The position numbers and the translations under genes were made by a program. The notes beneath the pieces were generated by a model. It worked only from the letters and a program-made list of their open reading frames with translations, did no database searches and had not been told where the DNA came from. From Candidatus Stahliibacteriota bacterium (lineage in GTDB: Bacteria > Hydrothermota > Tepidihabitantia > B3-TA06), in NCBI GenBank assembly GCA_004375895.1, contig SOJW01000035.1:42264-106263 (forward strand): a stretch of DNA of 64,000 nt, read 5' to 3'. This document shows, in pieces, positions 20,297-31,651 of this stretch (its first letter is position 1; every line of letters begins with the position of its first letter).

Positions 20297-20454
20297 AAGT
20301 TAAACATAGGCTGCCTTATGCCTATCCGGGGTTTTGCGTACTTGACAGGCGCTAAAATCAACCTACTATAAATAAAATGACCTAGAGCAGTTTTTACAAG
20401 ACGGTCTTTGGCTCAGGTAAACGCCTGTTGTCCGGCAAAACAAGGAGTTCTATC

Positions 20455-21777
20455 ATGGGTAGGAAGTCTTTGTTTGTTCTACTGGCGGCAGCGATGCTTG
20501 CAGTCATCCCTCAGATAATCCATGCAGGCTGGATGCGTACCTACGGTGGCGATGAAGCAGATAGGGGTTATTACGTACAAGAACTAAACGACGGTTCGTT
20601 CGTCGTATTGGGAGAGACGAAATCCTTGGGTGCCGGTGAGACCGATCTTTGGTTGCTCAAGCTCTATATAGATGGTGATACAGCATGGACGCGGATCTAC
20701 GGCGGAGAATCATGGGATCACGGGAGTCGGCTTGAGGTAACCGATGATGAAGGTTATCTGATATTTGGAGGAACTCGATCCTTTGGAGATGGCTCGTGGG
20801 TACTCAAAACGGATAGTATGGGTGATACCTTGTGGACACAGGTTTTAAGTGAAGCAGGTTATACTGAGCAAACCCCGGATGGTGGATATTTGGTAATAGG
20901 TCGAAACGGATTTTACAGACTAGATAGCGCTGGTGAGGTCATTTATTCAAAAGACTACGATGAATACTTCGGAACCTCAGTTATTGCTTGTTCAGGTCCC
21001 ACGAGTGATGGATGTTATATTATTGCAGCTTCAGGTGGTTACTCTGGTAAATGTTTAGCTAAGATCGACGATACAGGTGAGGTCGTTTGGCAGTCTTCTC
21101 AATTCCATCCCCGGCTGAATTTTATCAATTATTTACACGAAGGACACCAGGGTTACGTGTTCGTCGGACCTACCTGGGGACCGGAACTTCCAGATTCTGT
21201 ACAACATTTTGATCTTCGGGCGGCGGAGGTTGATACGGTTTATGGATACGATATATGGTCTATCGAGTATGGATCATCGCCAGCCTGGGAAGATGGATAT
21301 TGTATTAAGCCCACCGCAGACGGAGGATACATAATTGCCGGTGACCACTGGACACTCCTGAAGCTTGACGGCCAAGGGTATGATATTTGGGCACACGAAT
21401 ATGGTGGTGTGCCCCGCTATGTTGAACAGACCTCAGACGGGGGTTACATAGTTGTAGGTGAAAAGGGCGGAGATTTGTTTATTGTTAAGACCGATTCCTT
21501 GGGGAATCTGGGAATCAAAGAGGAAACGGTCATTAATCCACCATTGAGTTTCGAGGTGGTTGCTTCAATCGGTCCGCAAATCGTATTAAGCTACGAGAAC
21601 TACCCTCAGGGCTTTCATGCTTCCATCTTCGACGCAACGGGCCGCAAGGTTGATGAGATAAAATCCCCAGCTCAAAACGGGGTTTTGAGGTGGGGAGAAA
21701 ATCACAGCCTTGGTGTTTACTTCATTGTGCTTACTGACAAAGAGGTGTCAGTCCAGAAGGTTATCCTGATTAAATAA
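20455..21777 (+). CDS. Secreted beta-propeller-like repeat protein with a T9SS C-terminal sorting domain
   Basis: Signal peptide after M10 (RBS aaggag). Eight or more ~45-aa repeats (DGG(Y/C)x(I/V)xG.T.S.G.GxxDxWLLKxDxxGDTxW). C-terminal FHASIFDATGRKVDEIK...GVYFIVLTDKEVSVQKVILIK resembles a T9SS type-A sorting domain. Confidence 0.7.
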   Translation: MGRKSLFVLLAAAMLAVIPQIIHAGWMRTYGGDEADRGYYVQELNDGSFVVLGETKSLGAGETDLWLLKLYIDGDTAWTRIYGGESWDHGSRLEVTDDEGYLIFGGTRSFGDGSWVLKTDSMGDTLWTQVLSEAGYTEQTPDGGYLVIGRNGFYRLDSAGEVIYSKDYDEYFGTSVIACSGPTSDGCYIIAASGGYSGKCLAKIDDTGEVVWQSSQFHPRLNFINYLHEGHQGYVFVGPTWGPELPDSVQHFDLRAAEVDTVYGYDIWSIEYGSSPAWEDGYCIKPTADGGYIIAGDHWTLLKLDGQGYDIWAHEYGGVPRYVEQTSDGGYIVVGEKGGDLFIVKTDSLGNLGIKEETVINPPLSFEVVASIGPQIVLSYENYPQGFHASIFDATGRKVDEIKSPAQNGVLRWGENHSLGVYFIVLTDKEVSVQKVILIK

Positions 21778-21840
21778 TCCCCTTCCCCTAACCCCTCCCA
21801 CCAGGGGAGGGGAATTAGTTAAGCGGCCTTCGGCCGCTCC

Positions 21841-21878
21841 GGGGTCCCAGCGAAGTCACGAAGTGACTTCGTGGGGTG
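21841..21878 (+). repeat. Conserved-stem hairpin family GGGGTCCC..N11..GTGGGGTG, copy 1
   Basis: ggggtcccagcgaagtcacgaagtgacttcgtggggtg. Other copies at 22447 (inverted), 33353 and 43749. Confidence 0.65.
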
Positions 21879-22182
21879 AACACACGAAAAATCGGACTGA
21901 TTCAACAGCTTGTCATATTGCTAGATTAAGTGAGTGGCGGGATATCCACCGACATGGTGGTACAGGGATTTGAGCCTGTAGGAGCGACGCATGCGTCGCC
22001 CCTACGTCTATGCCGTATTCTTGGAGTATCTCGGCAGGATCTCGACGTGGTTCAGCGTAGGGGCCGACGTTCGCGGCCTTTGGCCACGCGCTTCGGGCTT
22101 GAGACTTGCCACTATCTGCATATACTGAACTCCGTTTCTTTGTTTCATGGGTGCATTCTCCCCGATGGGGCAATGAGTTGTC

Positions 22183-22210
22183 TTGACATTAGGTGGTAGT
22201 TTCTTATAAT
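22183..22210 (+). promoter_or_regulatory. tRNA-Gln promoter TTGACA-16-TATAAT
   Basis: Perfect consensus hexamers about 15 nt upstream of the tRNA. Confidence 0.65.
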
Positions 22211-22225
22211 CTTAACTAAACCTTT

Positions 22226-22296
22226 TGGGGGATCGTCTAATGGCAGGACGGCTGACTCTGGATCAGTTAATCGGGGTTCGAGTCCCTGTCCCCCAG
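22226..22296 (+). tRNA. tRNA-Gln (anticodon CUG)
   Basis: Acceptor TGGGGGA/TCCCCCA, anticodon stem GCTGA/TCAGT with loop CTCTGGA giving CUG. T-loop TTCGAGT, discriminator G. D-stem is short. Confidence 0.8.
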
Positions 22297-22304
22297 GTTT
22301 TATG

Positions 22305-22334
22305 CCCCACAGTTAAGACTGTGGGGTTTCCTTT
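22305..22334 (+). terminator. Rho-independent terminator after tRNA-Gln
   Basis: CCCCACAG-ttaaga-CTGTGGGG followed by TTTCCTTTT. Confidence 0.7.
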
Positions 22335-22384
22335 TCCGTAGTACTTTCCCGATTAGCTGATCCAGTTTAATATAAAAAGTTAAT

Positions 22385-22447
22385 CGGAGGCTCGACCGTA
22401 AGGAGAGCGACCGAAGAGAGCTCCCATCCCTGTCCCCCAGGTTTTAC
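22385..22447 (+). repeat. Degenerate partial tRNA-Gln duplicate (3' half, including an exact 20-bp copy of the 3' end)
   Basis: gttaatcgg...ccctgtcccccaggtttta repeats tRNA positions ~40-71. Confidence 0.55.
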
Positions 22448-22655
22448 CCCACGAAGGTACTGCGTCCCTTCGTGGGGACCCCGAATAAATGCTCCTTTTG
22501 CCCGTAGGGCAAAGGAGCATGGGCAGGAAAGAGGACGGTCGTGTACCCGACTGGGACTAGGCATTCTTTTGAGGGCCGCGGTAGAATTACCTGATTTTTA
22601 ATGCCTATCCCCATTAGAACTTTACATTTTAGCTTGTCTTTCTGTTATATGGTTA

Positions 22656-22695
22656 ATAAAAAAGAAAAGACGATGGTGCTACCATCGCCTTTTCG
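22656..22695. terminator. Bidirectional terminator-like hairpin in an AT-rich spacer
   Basis: aaaaaagaaaa-GACGATGGT-gct-ACCATCGCC-ttttcg. Confidence 0.5.
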
Positions 22696-22984
22696 CCGAT
22701 CTAAGTCCCAAACGATCTACTGCACAATATTGTAGGGGAAAAGCACTCCGCTGAACTCGTAGGAGCCTTCTTCATTTTTTCTCCTTATTGAGGGTTTAAT
22801 CCTATTTCCTTCTTGAGTCCTGGATTGTCAAGCCATTCGGCGTGAGCGGACTCTTTGAGAGCGCGCGGGAATCCCTGTAAGTGACGTCAGATCAATAGAT
22901 AATCACAAAATTTGTGCCGATATACTGGTTTAGTTTCCCCTCCTCCTCGCAAGAGAAAGGCCTAAGCTTGATTGTGCTTGAACG

Positions 22985-24565
22985 CTACCAGTTACGCAAA
23001 GCGATCAGCCGCAGCTCCGAGAGCTCAAGTTCATCCCTTGGCAGCGGCAACGACTCCAGCATCGCGCGTGCATCGTCGGTTCCAAGCAATACCAGAAGCT
23101 GCAACCGCTCCTGGGTCAAATCGCCGTTCCACCCTGAAAGCGACTCCTTCTTTGCGGTAAGTATCTGGGCCACTTCAAGCATCTCAGGGGAAGGATTTTC
23201 CTTGTTAAGTCCAGCAAGAGTTGCTTCAGGATCAGCCCCGAGCTTTGCCGCCACCACATAACCCCAGCGTCTCACATCCGGATGTGCGTCCGCAAACCGG
23301 CGCCGGATCAAAGGGAGTGCTTTGGACACACCGATCAGACCCAATGCCTGCACCCCGGCCAACCGAATGCTCCAGAACTTGTGGGCAAGTACGCCTCTCA
23401 GAGCATCTATGGATGAGACGTCGCGCAGCCATCCGATTGAGGTAACCGCTTCTTGCTGCACCTCCCATGAGACGTCGTTGAGTCGCGAGCGCAGTGCGGA
23501 AGCCGCAGTAGGATCGCCGATAGCCCCAAGGGCAAACGCAACCTGCTCCCTCACCGGTGGTTCCGGGTCGGACATTAACTCGATCAGAGGCTCTAGCGCC
23601 TTCCTGCTTCCCAGAAGCCCAAGGGCGTGTGCCGCAGCCATCACGCAAAGATCGTTCTCATCCTCAAGCCCTGAGATCAGCACGTCCTCAGACTGGATAT
23701 CTCCAATACGGCCGAGTGCCTCGGAAACTGCTTGCCTTACCTCAGGTTTTTTGTCTGAGGCCTTGGTCACAAGCGGCTTCAACGCGCGTTTATCTTTAAG
23801 CATTCCCAACGACAACGCCGCCTTGGCACGAACGGCCCACCGGGAATCATCCAAGAGCTTTAACAAGGTCTCTACAGCGGTGGTGTCGCCTATTCGACCG
23901 AGTGCCTGTGCTATGAGGTGGCGGTCAGGAACGGCAGGGTCAGTCGCGGCTTGGGCGAGAACCCCGGTGGCCCTGTGGTCGGCGATCTTCGCCAGTGCAG
24001 CGAGTGTCCTGTTGCGTTCTGAGCCTGAAAGCGAAGCAACGCGCTTAAGGAAGATAGGAACCGCCTCCTTTGATTCGAGCTTACCCAAAGCCTCGGTCGC
24101 GTTCTCGCGGACGCGGCGGTCGACATCCTCAAGGGCCTTCAGTAACGCGCCAATCGCCCGCGCGTCTGCAATCTCCCCCAGCGCCCAGGCGGCGTTGGTT
24201 CGTACCGGTGCCGCACGATCAGAGAGCGCATCAATCAGAGGCGTCAGCGCCGAGGTGTCCCCCAACAGCCCCAATGACCATGCAGTCTCGTACCGCACCC
24301 CAATAGAGGGTGACTTTAGCGCAGCGATAAGGGCAGGTATGGCTCCAGGGTCATCCAGATACCCAAGGGCTTCGGCAGCAAACATACGCGTCTGCTCGGA
24401 AGGGCATCCCAGCGCCTTGCGCATAAGCGTGATAGTTCCATCATGATCCACCTCGGCAAGAGAGTCTATGTAGTCGCGACGATCTTCTATGGAACGAAAC
24501 GCCATTGCATCAAGCGCTCCGCAGTCAAGCGGAGCACTGAAAAGTAGAAACCAAACAAACATCAC
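22985..24565 (-). CDS. Secreted HEAT-repeat (PBS-lyase-type) protein
   Basis: Signal peptide, then more than 12 tandem HEAT-like repeats (VR..AA.ALG.IGD..A...L..AL.D.). Confidence 0.75.
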   Translation of the reverse strand: MMFVWFLLFSAPLDCGALDAMAFRSIEDRRDYIDSLAEVDHDGTITLMRKALGCPSEQTRMFAAEALGYLDDPGAIPALIAALKSPSIGVRYETAWSLGLLGDTSALTPLIDALSDRAAPVRTNAAWALGEIADARAIGALLKALEDVDRRVRENATEALGKLESKEAVPIFLKRVASLSGSERNRTLAALAKIADHRATGVLAQAATDPAVPDRHLIAQALGRIGDTTAVETLLKLLDDSRWAVRAKAALSLGMLKDKRALKPLVTKASDKKPEVRQAVSEALGRIGDIQSEDVLISGLEDENDLCVMAAAHALGLLGSRKALEPLIELMSDPEPPVREQVAFALGAIGDPTAASALRSRLNDVSWEVQQEAVTSIGWLRDVSSIDALRGVLAHKFWSIRLAGVQALGLIGVSKALPLIRRRFADAHPDVRRWGYVVAAKLGADPEATLAGLNKENPSPEMLEVAQILTAKKESLSGWNGDLTQERLQLLVLLGTDDARAMLESLPLPRDELELSELRLIALRNW

Positions 24566-24900
24566 ACTCCTCCTATTGCCTTTAATCCAGATACATATTT
24601 TACACGCTCATGCGGATTTGTCAACTGGACAGGTCTGTGCGCCAAGGGATAGTTACCAGGGTAAGCAGAGGATGGTGAGGGTTCTTAAGAGAGATTTGAT
24701 CCCCCAGCAAGCGTGATAAACATAATTTATTAAGGGAGATTCGCCGACTATTCACCCCGATCTTTCCTCCGAAGGAGAAAAGGGGAGCTTCCTTCTACTC
24801 TTTACATGATTGACTTACTCCCTTGCTTCCTTATAATCCCATTTGTGGAAGCAGCACAACCCGAGCACCTGAACTTTCCCTCCCCCGGAAGGGGTAAAGC

Positions 24901-25533
24901 ATGAAACGCCTCCTGGACATCATGGTTTCGTTTATCGGACTCTGGCTTCTCGCACTTATTACCCCTTTTGTAGCGCTTGCCATAACGCTTGACTCCAAGG
25001 GTCCGATTTTCTACCGTGGTGTCCGGGTGGGTAGGAACGGAAAGCTATTCAAGATCTTCAAGTTCCGCACCATGATAGACGGTGCCGATCGCTGTGGCCC
25101 CAAGCTCACCTATCGCAACGACCCTCGAATCACTGGTATAGGAGCAATCCTGCGCCGCCTTAAGATAGACGAACTGCCTCAGCTCATCAACGTATTCCTG
25201 GGGCAGATGAGTACGGTAGGCCCGAGGCCGGAAGACCCGCAGTACGTCTCTCACTACACCAAGGGTCAACGCGCGATTCTCTCGGTCAAGCCAGGGATAA
25301 CCGGACCGGCACAGATACACTACGTGGACATCGAAAGCCACATGGACCCTTCGAAGTTCGACGAACAGTACATCGACGAGATTATCCCAGAGAAGTTCCG
25401 GTTCAATATACTGTACATACAAAACCGCTCGCTGTCGCTTGATCTAAAGATCCTCTGGCGCACGTTCCTCTCGCTATTCCGCAGCGAGATCAATAGGGTA
25501 AGAAACAACAACAAAAACCACCCCAGCGACTAA
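24901..25533 (+). CDS. Sugar transferase (polyprenyl-phosphate glycosylphosphotransferase, WbaP/EpsL C-terminal domain type)
   Basis: N-terminal TM segment plus GKLFKIFKFRTM...DELPQLINVFLGQMSTVGPRPE. Confidence 0.85.
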   Translation: MKRLLDIMVSFIGLWLLALITPFVALAITLDSKGPIFYRGVRVGRNGKLFKIFKFRTMIDGADRCGPKLTYRNDPRITGIGAILRRLKIDELPQLINVFLGQMSTVGPRPEDPQYVSHYTKGQRAILSVKPGITGPAQIHYVDIESHMDPSKFDEQYIDEIIPEKFRFNILYIQNRSLSLDLKILWRTFLSLFRSEINRVRNNNKNHPSD

Positions 25534-25673
25534 CACTCCCCAACAATCAAACTAATCGCCCTCTAGACCCTGCCCAACTCCCAAGCCACCTTTATTCGGA
25601 GAACTAAGATCAATCCGAAGACCTTGATCCGGATCGATCTTGATTCATCCCGCAGTATCTTCAACCGAGATCG

Positions 25674-26110
25674 TCACCTGTCGGCGGGCTCGATCCGGTA
25701 GCTGGTTTCGATATCTACAGTTTGCCTTAGCATGGCCGAGACCGAACAGTAGCGCTCCTGTGAAAGCTCAATCGCGCGTTCCAACTTGGCTGGCTCCACA
25801 TCACCCTTGACAATACAGATCATTCTGATCCTGGTGTAGACCTTGGGGTGCTCAGGCGAACGCTCTCCCTCGAGTTCGATGCGGAAGTCCTCTACAGGCT
25901 GGTCCATCTTTTTAAGGATGGATAGGACGTCCATCGCGGTGCACCCGCCTAAGGACATCAACAAAAGCTCCGTAGGAGAGGGAGCACCCTCGTTGCCGCC
26001 GACGCTTGCTTTAGTGTCTATCACCGTCCAATGACCTGAGTTTGCCTTAGCGGCAACAGTCAGCCCTTTAAGTCGTTCAACAACCACACGGGTTTTGGCA
26101 ACTTCGGCCA

Positions 26111-26111
<1 letters not shown>
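25674..26111 (-). CDS. OsmC/Ohr-family peroxiredoxin-like protein
   Basis: GGNEGAPSPTELLLMSLGGCTAMDV. Start overlaps the ahcY stop (TAATG). Confidence 0.8.
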
Positions 26112-28554
<2,443 letters not shown>

Positions 28555-28766
28555 CTACGTCCTCCTTTCGTATGAGGATTCAAAATATTTGACCAAAAGT
28601 ATACCTCTGGGAGCTCGCAAGTCAACGGGGAACAGTCTGTGGATTGGGAAATCCGGGGTGAATTTTGCCCCCCTTCCCTTTATCCCCTACCCGACGGGGG
28701 AGTGGAATATATGTGGTAAGCTCCGACTTGACACCCACCAACCTAGCCATATTATCTGAGGAAACT

Positions 28767-29270
28767 ATGGAAACGAGTAAATATCAGAAATACATCAACC
28801 GCGCCCTGCGGCTGGGGGCAAAGGAAGCAAAGATCATCCCGGCGGACACCATCGTCACCGCCCAATGGGTCAGGGAGAAGTGTCAGTTTGGATGCGGAGG
28901 CTACGGCAGGAGCCTGACCTGTCCGCCCAACTCACCTACACCGGAACAAACCAGCCAGATGCTCACCCATTACAAACATGCCCTCCTGATCCACGGAGAT
29001 ATGAATACCCCTATAAACAAAATCGTTGTCAGGCTGGAAAAGAAGATATTCCTGGACGGATACGAGAAGGCATTCGGGATGGGCGGCGGCCCCTGTTCCC
29101 TCTGTGAGGAGTGCGTGGAGCAGTGCCGTTATCCGGACCAAGCAAGACCCTCCATGGAGGCTTGCGGGATTGACGTTTACTCCACCGTACGCGCCCACGG
29201 CCTTCCCATCGAAGTGCTGAAGAACGAAAACTGCAAACCCAACTATTACGGACTGGTACTGATCGAGTGA
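28767..29270 (+). CDS. DUF2284-like predicted metal-binding protein (Cys-rich)
   Basis: CQFGCGGYGRSLTCPP ... CSLCEECVEQC. Start placed at METSK, the internal Met. Confidence 0.55.
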   Translation: METSKYQKYINRALRLGAKEAKIIPADTIVTAQWVREKCQFGCGGYGRSLTCPPNSPTPEQTSQMLTHYKHALLIHGDMNTPINKIVVRLEKKIFLDGYEKAFGMGGGPCSLCEECVEQCRYPDQARPSMEACGIDVYSTVRAHGLPIEVLKNENCKPNYYGLVLIE

Positions 29271-29296
29271 CAGCGGTCACTACATAAGCAGCCGTA

Positions 29297-30091
29297 ATGG
29301 GCATCTCTATCTATCAGGTAGATTCATTCACCCAAGATGCGTTCAAGGGCAACCCTGCAGGGGTATGTATATTGGACGCCCCTGCCGATGAGACATGGAT
29401 GCAGATGGTTGCGCGGGAGATGAATCTTTCCGAGACGGCCTTTCTTTATAAGACCGACGACGGTTTCAACCTTCGCTGGTTCACCCACGTGCTTGAGGTG
29501 GACCTGTGTGGTCACGCCACACTGGCCAGTGCCCATGTTTTATTTGAGGAAGGATATCTTAAGCCTCACGAGCAGGCGCGGTTTTACACCAAGAGCGGAT
29601 TGTTAAAGGCAGAACGAAAGGGGGAATGGATCGAGCTTGATTTCCCTGCCGAGCCCGAGACGTCAGCGGACGCCTCTCCTGAGCTTGTCGAAGCGCTTGG
29701 AGTTAAACCTTTATACGTGGGGAAGAACCGGTTCGCCTACCTGGTCCAGGTGGATTCGGAAGAAAAGGTAAGGATGATGAAACCTGACTTTGCGTTGCTT
29801 GCCAAGATTCCAGGATTGGGGGTGATAGTAACCACTCCTTCCGGTTCTCTGGAGTTCGACTTCATCTCCCGATTCTTTGCCCCTGGCGCAGGGATAGATG
29901 AGGACCCGGTAACCGGCTCGGCCCACTGCTGCCTTGGTCCTTTCTGGGGCGAGCGGATGGGTAAAACCGAGCTGGTAGGCTATCAGGCTTCAACTCGCGG
30001 AGGGGTGGTCAGGGTTCGCCTGGCAGGTGATAGGGTCTTTCTAGGTGGCAAGGCTGTTACAGTATTTCGGGGTGAGCTTCTCTCTGTTTAG
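29297..30091 (+). CDS. PhzF-family isomerase-like protein
   Basis: IYQVDSFTQDAFKGNPAGVC...SETAFL...DLCGHATLASAHVL. Confidence 0.85.
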   Translation: MGISIYQVDSFTQDAFKGNPAGVCILDAPADETWMQMVAREMNLSETAFLYKTDDGFNLRWFTHVLEVDLCGHATLASAHVLFEEGYLKPHEQARFYTKSGLLKAERKGEWIELDFPAEPETSADASPELVEALGVKPLYVGKNRFAYLVQVDSEEKVRMMKPDFALLAKIPGLGVIVTTPSGSLEFDFISRFFAPGAGIDEDPVTGSAHCCLGPFWGERMGKTELVGYQASTRGGVVRVRLAGDRVFLGGKAVTVFRGELLSV

Positions 30092-30104
30092 AGCAAGGCC
30101 TGTC

Positions 30105-30560
30105 CTAAAACTCCTTCTGCATCTTACGCATGACCGTGCGATAGCCCAGGGATTCGTAAAGCTCAAGTCCCCTCCTGTTATCCTCGGCAACGGCAAGCTG
30201 GATGACGCTCATTCCCTTGGAACGTGACCAGTCCTCGACGGCATCGATGAGCGCCCTGGCTATCCCTTTCTTCCGCCATAAGGGATCAACGCCCAGAAGG
30301 TCGAAGCTCGCATAAGGACCTTTAACGCAGTCGTCCGAGGAGTGCTCGATCTCGGCATAGGCGAAGCCGACGATTTGAGATCGAGCCTCAGCAACTATCA
30401 AGGCCGCGTCTTCGCTGTGGAGCGCACCCAGAAAGAAACGTTCCCAGAACCCAACCGATCCGGACTCCCCAGACTCTCGGAGTGGATTGACCTGGACGCA
30501 GAGTCTGGCTGCGGCCTGGGTATCTGATTCAGCGGCGGGGCGGATGATCCAGCGACTCAT
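30105..30560 (-). CDS. GNAT-family N-acetyltransferase
   Basis: WRKKGIARALIDAVEDWSRSKGMSVIQLAVAEDNRRGLELYESLGY. Confidence 0.7.
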   Translation of the reverse strand: MSRWIIRPAAESDTQAAARLCVQVNPLRESGESGSVGFWERFFLGALHSEDAALIVAEARSQIVGFAYAEIEHSSDDCVKGPYASFDLLGVDPLWRKKGIARALIDAVEDWSRSKGMSVIQLAVAEDNRRGLELYESLGYRTVMRKMQKEF

Positions 30561-31107
30561 TCTTCCATTTCTGCCAAAAACGCCATATCTCAGGCCGTTC
30601 CAGGAGCCGGGAAAGCTCCTTTATACGCGGATCAAGGTAGTCGAAATCAAGCCTTGATCCTTGCCTTGAAAGAATGGCTCTCACGTCGTCTGCATCCCTC
30701 TGTCTTTCTGATACTATCTTGGTGATAATAAGGTCTTCAGGCCTCGCAAACCTAACAGGCGTACCATGAATCTCAACGTCCACCGCTCGTTCGATGGCTT
30801 CCTTCTCAAAAGGCAGACTGCCGAAGATAAGATCTATACGTACGCCGCCTCTGGCCTGCATGGGTAAAACCGAAGTCTTTTTAACAAAATCTGCTGGATC
30901 AGAAATCAAAGGACTGCAGAGGTTACCCAGAAGCGAGACAATACGCGGCACCTGGGATACTGGAACCCGGATAGTTACGTCTATGTCCAGGGTAGCGCGC
31001 GGCTCACCCCACACCGCGTTGGCTATGCCGCCTATAATCATGTAAGGGATGCCACTCTCTTGCAGGAGTTGAGCGAGCCTGACCAGCGTTTCCTCAAGAG
31101 AACTCAT
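30529..31107 (-). CDS. Nucleotidyltransferase-fold protein (DUF2204/MNT-like small NTase)
   Basis: GIPYMIIGGIANAVWGEPRATLDIDVTI (GS/GG...D.D signature). Start overlaps the stop of the upstream small gene. Confidence 0.55.
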   Translation of the reverse strand: MSSLEETLVRLAQLLQESGIPYMIIGGIANAVWGEPRATLDIDVTIRVPVSQVPRIVSLLGNLCSPLISDPADFVKKTSVLPMQARGGVRIDLIFGSLPFEKEAIERAVDVEIHGTPVRFARPEDLIITKIVSERQRDADDVRAILSRQGSRLDFDYLDPRIKELSRLLERPEIWRFWQKWKNESLDHPPRR

Positions 31108-31355
31108 TATCTCGAACCTTTAAGAACCGCGAGTGCTGTGCGCATAGCGATGATACCCTTGAGTTTGGAGTCGAAGTCCCTTTTACGAGCCTGGAGCGGT
31201 ATAAGGTCGTAAAGCGCTCCGATAGCGGCCAACGCCTGGGCAGGAGACATTTCCACGGGATGTTCTGTCTCCCATTCGGCGAAGCGTTTTAGTCCAGCGG
31301 CCCGCTCAAGCAAACGGCGCTTGTATTCCTTTGCGTCGAGGTTAGATACGGCCAT
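31107..31355 (-). CDS. Small hypothetical protein (82 aa) translationally coupled to the nucleotidyltransferase
   Basis: Upstream partner in an apparent two-gene module. No HEPN Rx4-6H motif. Confidence 0.4.
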   Translation of the reverse strand: MAVSNLDAKEYKRRLLERAAGLKRFAEWETEHPVEMSPAQALAAIGALYDLIPLQARKRDFDSKLKGIIAMRTALAVLKGSR

Positions 31356-31399
31356 AGACTAACTATGCGGGGATTCAGCCGCTTGTCAAGCAGATTTAT

Positions 31400-31450
31400 G
31401 GAGTGCAATGACCGTGTCATTGCGAAACTGCAACAAGACGCTTGTTGTGA
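31400..31450 (+). repeat. Structured repeat family copy 2 (3' end degenerate)
   Basis: GGAGTG-[CAATGAC cgt GTCATTG]-cgaaactg-[CAACAAG acg CTTGTTG]. Lacks the closing CACTCC. Confidence 0.6.
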
Positions 31451-31651
31451 TCTGAAAAGGTCGAACCCGCAGGGTTCGCAATTGTTGAACGGACTAGAGA
31501 AAACGCGCAGACACGAGTGTCTTCGCTACATGCGTTGTTTATGAAAAGTCCCAGTCTGTGCAAACGGCCGTCCGAGGTCGTCTTACACCCCCTCTTTTAT
31601 TCTCCCCCATCAAGGGGGAGAAAATTAGATGCGAAGTTTCTTATGCGGTGC

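Noticed and set aside
21900-22175. ORFs 21913..22173 (-) and 21930..22199 (+) between the T9SS gene and tRNA-Gln, considered as a possible small gene or ncRNA (RNase P/SRP/6S)
   Set aside because: The region contains a perfect 16-bp palindrome (GCGACGCATGCGTCGC) and other stems but no conserved RNase P, SRP or 6S motifs that I can recognise. The two mutually antisense ORFs with no RBS are probably spurious. It is left unannotated, though RNA-seq would be worth checking.
23232-24446. 374-aa plus-strand ORF 23322..24446 and 138-aa minus-strand ORF 23232..23648
   Set aside because: They overlap the HEAT-repeat gene, whose repeat structure and signal peptide identify the true frame. The translations are low-complexity (Ser/Ala/Arg) and typical of wrong-frame reading of GC-rich DNA.
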